From positions 434,001 to 498,000 of the forward strand of contig NW_026515672.1 in the NCBI RefSeq assembly GCF_025526975.1: DNA of 64,000 nucleotides. The letters are read 5' to 3'. Both the position numbers and the translations under genes were made by a program. The stretch comes from Fimicolochytrium jonesii (lineage: Eukaryota). This document shows, one piece after another, positions 54,195-64,000 of the stretch; within the stretch, counting starts at the first letter, position 1; each line of letters starts with the position of its first letter. A model generated the notes under the pieces. That model saw only the letters and a list, made by a program, of their open reading frames with translations, was not told the origin of the DNA and searched no databases.

Positions 54195-54859
54195 TTGGAT
54201 GAAAGTTAGACCTTCAGCGTACATTATATAATGTACGTTGCCCGGAGGACATTTCAGTTGATGCATTCATCGTTCGCAGAAGGCCTGGAGGCGTTGCGAG
54301 GTATACAGTACTGCCAATTATTCGGCAAGCCACGATCTCACGCGTAAGAGGGTTCCCATAGCATGGGCGGCTTGTGTGCCACACACTGGTGCTCACTGAG
54401 GGAATCTTTTGTGAAGGCGATGGACATAAAGATTATGTATCGTCGGCGTGTGTAGGGAAGATGTCTTCGCACTCATGAGGGATGCATTGAATACCCCTCC
54501 GTCGAGGCGAGATAATCCCTCGTTGCCCGAACTGATCGAACATGCCCCATCCAGCGTAATAAGCACCGAAGGACGTCTACTTTGATTATGAAGCATACAT
54601 GAAATGTAGGTGACAAACGTACATAAACGTCACGCAACGACGAGAATACGGAAAACAGCCGTAGACATTTGGTTGGAGGCGTTCAACAAGTCTAGGTGGG
54701 GATGCTTTTCCCCAACATTATGCCTCCACAAAAGATGCGGAACGGCTGGGTCACGCGGCCTACGAACGTGTGGAAGATTTGGCGACTGTTGAATCGGGAG
54801 CCCCAAATTCCGACGGCGAATGTCGTCCCAGTTGCGCTAAATGGTGGTGCGATCTACTT

Positions 54860-55984
54860 TCAGCAGCATCCTCCGGCTTGTTGCGTTTGTACCTTTGATC
54901 CGGCGCCGACTTGGATGTTTCCCTTGTTCGGCGCCGCGGCCGGGGCTGACATGCCCATCCTACAAGAGAAACCGTATGTCAACAGGGTTTCCGCGCGTCT
55001 CCTTTAAGCAAGAAAGATATCCACCTATCCTTGATCTGCTTTGCCATTGTCAAGAAAGCTTGCTCTACGTTTGTAGCGTTCTTTGCACTAGTCTCCAGGA
55101 ATGGGATTTGCAAGTTGTCCGAGAATTCCTATGGAATCCCACGAGATTAGCACTGTGTTTGGTTACACGCTGTTGTCTGCAAGCCTATCAATGTAGATCA
55201 CGAACCTTCGCGGATTCGTATTCCACCACTTTCTTGTTTGTAAGATCGCTCTTGTTTCCGACCAAGAGCTTGTTCACGCCCTCGCACGCGTACCGGTCGA
55301 TCTCCTGAAGCCATTGCTTCACGTTGTTGAACGTGTCCTGGTCCGTCACGTCGTACACAACAATGATACCGTGGGCTCCGCGGTAGTAACTAGAGGTGAT
55401 GGTACGGAAACGTTCCTGACCAGCCGTGTCCCACTTTTTTCCCCGATGTCCGAAAGTAAGCGTCTGCAGATAGCTGTAGTTTCGGAACTCGAGAACGTGC
55501 CACTCACGATTTGGAGCTTCACAGTCTTGCCCTCCAGCTCGATAGTGCGAATTTTCTGCAACGTTATTATCGTCAGCCTTTAGTATAACTTCCGCTTGCG
55601 GCCTGATCAACTCACAAAATCTACTCCGATGGTGCTGATGTAGCTCTCAGTGTAGGTGTCGTCCTATATTTCCAACGTTCCAGGTCAGCCGTCCATTTCC
55701 CCACATGCCAAGATATCTGCTTGCAAATACGAACCGCAAAACGCAGCAACAAGCAAGACTTTCCGACGCCAGAATCACCGATGAGGAGAAGCTTGAAGAG
55801 GTAATCGCTAAAAAGTAGGTTCGTTCGCACAGTGAGCATTATGTCCGTGACCCCGTTATCGCGTCGGCCCGAGAGGAACCAGAAGACCACATCCTCCTCG
55901 ATCCATCTCCTCCTCGATCCACGCCAAGACCTCAACCGCCATTGAGCGTCTCCGCCTCTCTCGTACTCACTATTCGGGGTTCAT
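54860..55984 (-). CDS. YPT1: Rab1/Ypt1 GTPase, multi-exon
   Basis: [36 protein letters not shown] and C-terminal GGCC. Confidence 0.95.
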
Positions 55985-56853
55985 GTTGCAGATGTGGAGA
56001 TGGTATCAAAGACTAGGTGTCGAAGTTGAAATGTGAATGTGCCCCTCCCTTTCCCACGCAGTCCAGCAGGCTCGCGACGCCACCTCCTCTAAAGTCGAAC
56101 CGCTTATAACTCACTCTTGAGGGAAGTCGTATATGTGTAACGTCTACTTGGGAAAGATCCCCGCCGCGTCAGAAGATGGTTAGCGGAGTTTTCCCTTTCG
56201 CAGACGTCGGACAGCTCCAAGCATAATAGATAGCTACCCTGTGGTCGCAGATACGAGCCTGAAGTGATGGAAGGGGTTTAGGGCGGTGTTTGCCGTGAGA
56301 AAGTAAGTCTGAGATATTTGCGGAGTTGGTAGCGAATCGTAAATGGAGCGGCGGGGAACCGTTAGTGCAGCTGCCTCCTTTTGTTCCCTCATCATGATTT
56401 ACCCATGCTAAATCCCATGAGGATGTGATGACGAACTGCCGCTAATCGAGAAAGCGCGATTCTCAACTTCGGCCTCCGCCACATTTCGCAACCTTCCATG
56501 TGCACTGTCAGTGTGCACATGGTTAGCGTTACCCCGCAGCACAGTCTCGCAAGCAGCCTTTGTGGGAGGAAGCCCTCGCTTTGCATGCCACTGTGTCCAT
56601 ATGCTGCAAGCCTTTCGAGCAGCAGTACTCGAATTATGGACTTTGTGAGCGTGATGCCTCATGAAACTTCGCAAATGTAACTCATGGCAGTGGCAGCGGT
56701 ACGCAAGATATCTGTCTTAAGTCCCGGCTTCCGTTATGCCTCCCCGTCGCTACATGAGCTAAGCTAATTCGATCAAAAAGGAACTCCGGCCACATGTAAT
56801 GCAAGGATCGGTCCACGCAGGTATCAGTGAGCGGATGCTGTTACAGATAATGA

Positions 56854-57802
56854 CTACGCCGATTCGGCCTCGGCCTTCTTCAATGCATCTCGTTGGGACA
56901 CCGATAATGGACCGCAAAGACCATGATACGCCCGCACAAACTCATCGAAAAGCTGCATAAAGAGTTGGTCTGGGTTAGGAGGACGTGTTTCCTTGAAAAG
57001 CGAGTCGGATATCCATACCGTTTGCGCATTGGCAGAGTCCTCGAAATGTTCGTCGATTACCGTCCTGAATCCTTTCCACAGAGCGGGGTCCTTCCCCTTC
57101 GCCTGAAATACCGCCGCGCTCTCCGTCTCCTCCGGTTTCTTCGCAGCCGTCTTCTCGGCGTCAGTCGTGGGCACAACCGGCTTGGCATCTGCGCTAACAC
57201 CAGGCTTCCTCAACAGATGAATAGTCGCCCCCGTTTCAATCCCATAATCCAGCAGAGTCTTGTTATCTGACAGGCCCTTCCCACTGAAAACAAGGCGTTG
57301 CGCTGCAATAGCCACACCGGATTCAGCTGCAATACGGGCCTTGAGGTCTCCGATCGGTTCCAGGCGGGATACTCGAAGCGTGAAGGGTTTGTCCCCACCC
57401 TTCAAAGCTTTGATGGTGATTTCGGCCTCATTCGCGGAAGCGGGTGTTGCCGAGGTTTCCTGAATTGGAGGTTGGAGGTAAAATGTACGTCAGGTCTTGT
57501 CTGCTTAGAATCCCCAACACTGTACTTTACAAATTGGTTTCATACCCTCAGTGGAAATGGTCTACTCGCCGGAGGTAGCTGTGCTGTGCACTCTGCCGGA
57601 GAAGGCTCGTAAGTCGGCTCATATCGACGTGGCCGACTGGCGATCTGCGATAGCCAGTTGCTGAAGAAAGCGGCCTGGGCAGAATGCGGTTTAGTATTTT
57701 GACTTCTTGAACGATTCAGGACCCCACCCAATCTTAAGTGGATTCCCACAGTTCTCAACTGAGAACGCTCACCTCGTCCGCTGGGTTCAGTGTCAAGTTC
57801 AT
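56854..57802 (-). CDS. Ubiquitin-like domain protein, Get5/Mdy2/UBL4A-like
   Basis: UBL QRLVFSGKGLSDNKTLLDYGI; upstream exon FFSNWLSQIASRPRRYEPTY resembles the Get5 N-terminus. Exon structure is inferred. Confidence 0.7.
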
Positions 57803-58507
57803 GTTGTCGTTGTTGCGTTCAGAAGTTACGAGACGGGAGTGTTGTTATTATTGACGTTGAGGCGAGTTACAGGACTGGAGCAATCGAGCATCGAGTTACT
57901 GTAGAAGACGCGTGACGGGCAGTCGGACTTTCAAAATTCGAAGACGAACGATGCTGGGAACGACACCGTGTAGCTTGTAGTTACTTTAGTAGGCTTCGTT
58001 CTCACAGAAGGGATCTGACAAAACCACTCGCTTCGGATTCCAAAGACGAAATAGGAAATAACGGCTCAGAGTGTTCACACGCCCCGTATGGCTTGGATGA
58101 GCACTTTTCATCAAATCTTCTCAATCTCGGGCCTTCGCAAGATGCCCAGTACGCCACGACGGCCGGCACTTGGGTATAGAGGTAGGCATTGTGATTTGGA
58201 AAGTCTGTGGTCCACTCCCACGACTTCATTGTCTCCGGGTCAGCGATGCGTGTGACTGACGGTGTCCAGGTTCCTACGTACTTACGCGGAGGATTTGTCG
58301 ATTGCGCTAATGTGGAGATGTAATTTAACAGCTGAGCGAGGTATGTTTCCACCTTCCTATCGCCTACAAGGGAATTTTTTGCCTCCCGACATGCCTGGAC
58401 ATGTTGCTGCGAACACTTCGCCGCGGTGATACTGGGGTTTGTCTGCTCTCGCATCTGCTCGTTCCTGATACATGTTAGGGACCTGACGCTCTGGCAGTCT
58501 CGAAAAT

Positions 58508-59087
58508 ATGCTCGACTTCCATAAGTCTCCTCAACCCATACATACTTCGCACCCCAAGGAAGAATTCAACCTTATTTACGAAGCGACCGTGACGGATACA
58601 TCTGGGAACGACTTCCATTTCATCGCCGAAAAGTTTCTGCCCACAAGGATCCGGTTCCACTATGGTCACGCCGCTGCAAACCCCGTCGTGGCGCAGTTCG
58701 TGCGTCGCATCGCCTTTGAGCACAAGGTTACGTTGGTTACCGTGAAGCCTTGGAAATGCAGTGCTTGCAAAGACGACTGCACCATCCTCCTTAAAAGCCG
58801 AGCATTCGTTTATCATCTACCGATACAATACATTATCGGCAGTGCGATGCATTGCTGCCGGCAAGGGGGCGAGTGCGAGAGCGGAGCTCGTTTGGCGGTG
58901 TCACGAAACGCATTGCGAGGGAAGTGGATGCGGGTGCCACCACATTGCGGGTGAACTTCTGCGTGGAATGTGGGTCGATACCGAACTCAAGTGCCGCCGG
59001 TACAAGAAGGTATGGTATTGCGAGCAGGCTTGCCACGAGCATCATTGGCCCACACACAAGTTGGAGTGCCGTAGGCCGGACAAGTGA
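58508..59087 (+). pseudogene. Degenerate MYND zinc-finger gene
   Basis: CVECG and KCRRYKKVWYCEQACHEHHWPTHKLEC fall in different frames from each other and from the upstream ORF. Confidence 0.55.
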
Positions 59088-59549
59088 ACATGGTGGCGTT
59101 AGAGATGACATGTCTAGAAAAATTCCTTTCCAAGTATGCTAATGTACACATAGTTGGTAATTTTCACAATGACGTCCCTTCTAAGCCAGTGCAGAAGGCC
59201 AGTTGGAAGGAATGTCTAATATATGGTGTGGAGGAGTGCTACATGCGGCTTTCCGCGAGGCTCCTTGTATCCGCTCCCAAATTGCACAGCCCATACGCAG
59301 GCTGACGGGACCAGCGGGTTTCCCAAGCAGAGACGTTTCCTCACCCCAACGCTGAAGGAACAGGTTTGTTTCCATTCCGACTAGCTGGGATGTCGCCACC
59401 GATCACGGAAGACGTCATGCGGTCTTGTCCGGGCACACTGCCGCTGGACAGATATCGAGAATTGGTATGCTGGTGATACCGGGCTGGCTCATGATTCTTG
59501 TGTCGGCGCGGAACAGGTATGTTCGTTCACCTTCTCGTCGGTGCGGCCA

Positions 59550-60149
59550 TCATCCTACAGCCCGCGATTTGCCCTTTTTGGAATTGCTCTTCTTCGACTC
59601 CGGTGCGGCGACAGGTGGTATTATATCTTCCAAGAACATCAACTCGACGTTTTCCGCCACGGCTTTTGCTGCAAGTCATTCCCAGTTCGCATTAGCAAGG
59701 GATGTCCGACGCAAACTGCCAAATTGTGCGGGAAACATACCAAGATCAGCATGACTCACGGTCTTCCGGCCTGCCTCACGAGTGTATGCATAACTTTGAA
59801 CCGCGAAATGTTCAAGGAACTTCTGAGCCGCGACGCTGACGGCCAGCACGGCTTCAGTTCCGACCATTTGAACGTCCCTGTCGATTTTCATGACCGACCT
59901 CACCCTTGCCTGCGGAAACATCGTTTTCGTGGGGTCGGACTCTTCGCCGTCTTTTGGATCTGAGGCTTCCTTTGGCTCTGAGGGCTCCTGTTCTGAGGCT
60001 ACCTTCGGCTCTGAGGGTTCATCTGCCGTGTCCGTGTCAGCTTCATTCATCAAGGTTGCCGCGACTGGTGGAGATGTTGGAGCCACTTGCTTCCTAAGAT
60101 CTTCCATCGGCGCTTGGTCCTCTGGTGGGGCGGGGATCGAGGAGGTCAT
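59550..60149 (-). CDS. H2A-type histone-fold protein (Dpb3/CHRAC1/NF-YC-like), two exons
   Basis: FPQARVRSVMKID...RKTVSHADL spliced to AKAVAENVELMFLEDII. Confidence 0.85.
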
Positions 60150-60508
60150 GCTTCGCTATACGGGGGTGCTGTGCTGTGTGTATTTTGATGCAACGGGCTT
60201 CAGAATTGAGCAAAGGGACGAACGAACAAAAAGCGCAATGCAGGACTGCGTTGGAATAGATGCCCGAAATGTGTCCGAATCCACCCGGAAACACGGAACG
60301 CGCGGAAATGGGCGACTTGTGTGTGCCAGTGCGGGTGCCAGTCTGCCACTTCGTGCATATAAAAGCGTCCCTCTCCGTGACGAACTCCGAATGGGCGAGT
60401 TCTTGGTTCTTGGTCTCTGTCCCAAAAGAAAAGCCTTTAGTCCTTCTGAACCACCTTCTATCGATCACTCGTCCTCGTCCGCCAAGGTATACATAATCCT
60501 CCGGCAAA

Positions 60509-61171
60509 ATGGCGGACCTATCCCACTTCCAAGATATCAAGCTTTACGGCCCTCGACTATCCTTTCGCAACACCTCTCTCGAAGACGTCCGCAACTTTAC
60601 TGCTACAAACTCAGACCCGCGGGCAATGCAACACCTTCCCATGATGCTGAAACAGTGGAAGGAGGAGGAGATAGCACAGCAAATTACCTCCCGAGTGGAA
60701 GAGCAGAAGCTCGGCAAAGCCATTGGCCTTACGATAGAGACGAAAGACTTTGATCGCCAGTTCGTGGGGAAAACAGGATTCCGTCAGATCGATATTGGAG
60801 CCAAGATCGGCGAGTGGGGCTTGATCTTGGACCCAAATCATCATGGAAAGGGGTACGCCTATGAGGCGATGGCTGTAGTGATTGGCTTTGCTTTCGAGAA
60901 GTTGGGGCTGAAGCAAGTCATCATCATCACCGCCGAAGGGAACCTACCCATGCGCACGGCGTGCTCATCTGTGGGCATCAAGGAGAGCAATTTGAAGGAG
61001 GTGATAGAGGCATTAGGCACCGTGCCAGAAGAGGTGACGACCGCTGGCGGAACAGAGACTTTACAGTTTCAACTGGAAGGACAGGTCTTGTATGCGGTCT
61101 CCTCTACCGAGTGGCCTGCGGTGCAGGAGCAGCTGAAGAAGAAGATAGAAAAGCGGCTGGCATTCCAATAG
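60509..61171 (+). CDS. GNAT acetyltransferase, RimJ/RimL-like, intronless
   Basis: RLSFR, GEWGLILDPNHHGKGYAYEA and GN..MR motifs. Confidence 0.85.
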   Translation: MADLSHFQDIKLYGPRLSFRNTSLEDVRNFTATNSDPRAMQHLPMMLKQWKEEEIAQQITSRVEEQKLGKAIGLTIETKDFDRQFVGKTGFRQIDIGAKIGEWGLILDPNHHGKGYAYEAMAVVIGFAFEKLGLKQVIIITAEGNLPMRTACSSVGIKESNLKEVIEALGTVPEEVTTAGGTETLQFQLEGQVLYAVSSTEWPAVQEQLKKKIEKRLAFQ

Positions 61172-61715
61172 TATACATTCATCCGTATACCTTTTTAGAC
61201 ATTAGACTTTCATATGTAATGCACAAAGGACCCTCTTTTCCATCTCAATGATCGCTCCTGCCTGTCCTCGTGGCATGGTTGGTAATAGCGGCCCGGGATG
61301 GCATCAAGCATCCCGTTGTAGCGGGGATGCAACGCCGTCCGCAACTTGTTCATAGTCAATCTCAATAGGTTCAAAATGGAATAGTTTTTACCAGGGAACA
61401 GGTTCTCAGCGCGGGTTTCCGGTTCTCGGTAAACCCTGAATTTTTCAACTTGGTGCTGTTGGCGATTCGAACATCCTTCCCAACTTTGCACCTCCCTCTC
61501 ATAATTCTTCCAACCTCACACTGTCAGTCTGCACATCTGCGTGCAAAAATCCCTTTCCCCCTTCTGGTAGCCCATCTGTGTAAGTGTCGTCGCCTATTCT
61601 CCCGTCCTCAACTCCTCCCCGGAAGACTCACACGGTTGTCTGATCTGTGTTCCCCAGGCTTTCTGCAACTCAACTCTCTCCCCGGGGGTCCCGAGCCCTA
61701 CTTGCTAAAATCATT

Positions 61716-62653
61716 ATGGTACGTGGGGCAGATGAAACTAAAAGTGTTGAAGGATGTCCCGGAGTTAGCACCTTTATTTTTGTTCACTCTGTGTCCACCT
61801 TGTCAGTCGGTCACGTTACATACCGACCTAGGCGACATCAAGATTGAGCTCTTTTGCGAAGGTATGTGAGTGATCATACGGACTTCGCCAGGGATGCCTT
61901 CTGAGTCCATATTGAATTGCTTTCCATGGTATTTCTTTGTCTCTTATAGCAACACCAAAAACAGCCGAGGTATGTTTGAGTAAAGATGGGCGAATTGACG
62001 GCCTCTGAACATCAATGTTATCTTGCAGAACTTCCTAGCGCTATGTGCATCCGGATACTACAACAACAACCTGTTTCACCGGAATATAAGAGGGTTTATG
62101 GTGCAGACCGGTGACCCAACTGGTATGTCGGGAATTGCAAATGGGCTTTGCAGCCTTAAAACCCAAGAATGCTCTGCTTATGGTTTATGACTTGAAAGGC
62201 ACGGGGAAAGGTGGAACCTCCATTTGGGGTCGCAAGTTCGATGACGAGATCAAAGCAACATTGAAGGTACGTTCAGGAAATGCCTTTCCGCGCAGGAGTG
62301 CTTGCAACTAACGCCCCAGAATCACCATAGCATAACGCACGAGGAATAGTGTCGATGGCCAACAAAGGCCCCAATACAAACCTGTCACAGTTCTTCATTA
62401 CGTACGGTAAACAATCCCATCTGGACTCGAAATACACTGTGTTTGCAAAGTACGTCAAATACCTTGTGAGATCATATCCTTGATGCCACTGGGGCGACCC
62501 CTAACGCCTATTTCCAGAGTGATAGATGGATGGGAGACACTGGATTCTTTGGAGAAGGTGCCTGTGGACGAAAAGTCGAGACCGGTGCAGGAGGTTAGGA
62601 TACGGAACGTGACGATACACGCGAACCCGATTGCGGATGCTGTAGGGAGATAG
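61716..62653 (+). CDS. PPIL3: Cyclophilin-type PPIase, PPIL3/Cyp10-like, multi-exon
   Basis: [44 protein letters not shown] and TIHANPIA. Confidence 0.9.
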
Positions 62654-62997
62654 GAGACGTTGAGCGATTGTATATATATGGCGTGATGCCCAAGGCGTAT
62701 TCACCAGGCAAGATTTGGGGCGGTGTGAATTCTATTGACATGACATGGGCGAGTCGTGCTGTGCTCAAGGCGTATTCAACAGACAGCAACGCGCAGATTT
62801 GACGTCTATTGACATGATATGGGTGTCGCATGAGTCCTGTCTGAGCCTATTCAAAACAATCGGAGTGCCTTCTACTGACATGATGTGGGTGTCGCATGAG
62901 TCCATGTATCGATCGATACAGTAGGCAGCATCCCCAAACCAAAACTGGGTATCATCCGCGCGAAATAGATGTTAGATCCGGCGACCAGATGAGTGTA

Positions 62998-64000
62998 TCA
63001 ATCACTCAAACCCGAGCTTTCGCCGTTATCCCTCCGCATCTCCTCGACCTGCCGCGCGCTCCCAGCGCCATTCCCTAATATACTCCTCAGAGCCTGGGCC
63101 ATCAAGTCGTTCCCTTCCAAACTGTCATCCATATCTGTACCTCCACCACGCTCCACTGGGCTACGACTACCATACGGACTATCTGCTAGCGACAGATCAT
63201 CAACGATTGCACTTCCCGTTTCGGAGAAATCGGGAACGTCCGATGCAATTGTTCTGGGTGATGCGATAGCGCTGCCGGTGTTTGAGGGCAGCATCAGAGC
63301 TTTCTTGGCGGAAGGCTTCAACCCGGGGTTGTCTGGCGGTGACGCGGATGATTGTCTTGTGCTGGATTTATCGCCTTTCGTCCCTCCTCGCTTTATCGGT
63401 TCCTGTTCCTCAAACTAAGAAGACGTGACGATTAGCATCTACATGCGTTTACATATTCATGTTGGCGACTCAAGTCAACAAACCTTTTGTGCCACGTAGT
63501 TTTTGCAAAGCTCCACCCCTGGAAGCTCCTGTATCAGCGACGCTATCGTAGGGTGCGCAAAGCCGAAGTAGTCTGGTCCGGATGCGCTGTTGCTGTGTTC
63601 CCGCTTCCGGAGGGCATTCGCCACCTTGATCACTGCCGTCCATGCTCCAGTTGCCGAGGTTGCCGTTACGGCTTTTTCTGGAGCGTCCTCCGGTACGATG
63701 TTGAACCGTGGACCATCTCCCCCGTCAGTAATTGAGCAAGTGTAAACGGTGCCTCTCTCAGGGTTCACCATGCTTGCATAGGTCCTGCGAGGTACGGTCA
63801 ACCAAATGCCGTGGCGATATGTCATGATGCGGCGGCTCACCTCGACGCTTTGTATCCGACGGGATAGATATATCGCTCAGTATGGAAGTTCTTCCGGTCA
63901 TGCACGATAGTGCCCAGAGCGTAAAGAGTAGTAATTCCCAGATGTAGAGGAAGGACAGGGTTGCCGAACTCATCCCTGGGCACAGGCTGTATCTTGCGTA
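62998..64000 (-). CDS. FYRN/FYRC domain protein (TBRG1-like), 5'-partial
   Basis: FHTERYIYPVGY, YTCSITDGGDGPRF and SGPDYFGFAHPTIASLIQELPG. Confidence 0.8.

Overview
Eukaryotic, intron-rich genomic DNA. A flagellar CFAP61 gene plus fungal-type ILV2, Ypt1 and Get5-like genes suggest a zoosporic, chytrid-like fungus (inference). Positions 1576-37096 are a three-element nest. The outer element is a Ngaro-type tyrosine-recombinase (YR) retrotransposon with split direct repeats A1...B1-A2-B2. Its gag-like ORF1 is interrupted by a complete chromoviral Ty3/Gypsy element (2263-8141, TSD TATAC). Its YR gene is interrupted by a 24.2-kb endogenous Polinton-like virus (11636-35845, TSD AGCGG, 819-bp TIRs). 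The virus encodes likely major and minor jelly-roll capsid proteins, a packaging ATPase, a 2325-aa fibre, a chromodomain-bearing rve integrase, a YR-fold protein and two SF3 helicases (one fused to an AEP primase). I see no protein-primed PolB or protease. Both viral ends are perfect 49-bp palindromes finishing in TG...CA, which suggests a hairpin-ended genome integrated by a retroviral-type integrase and possibly re-resolved by the YR. This is the best candidate for an undescribed system. The right 27 kb holds ordinary host genes, two tRNA genes and a Ngaro relic. All family assignments come from motif recognition by eye, not database searches.
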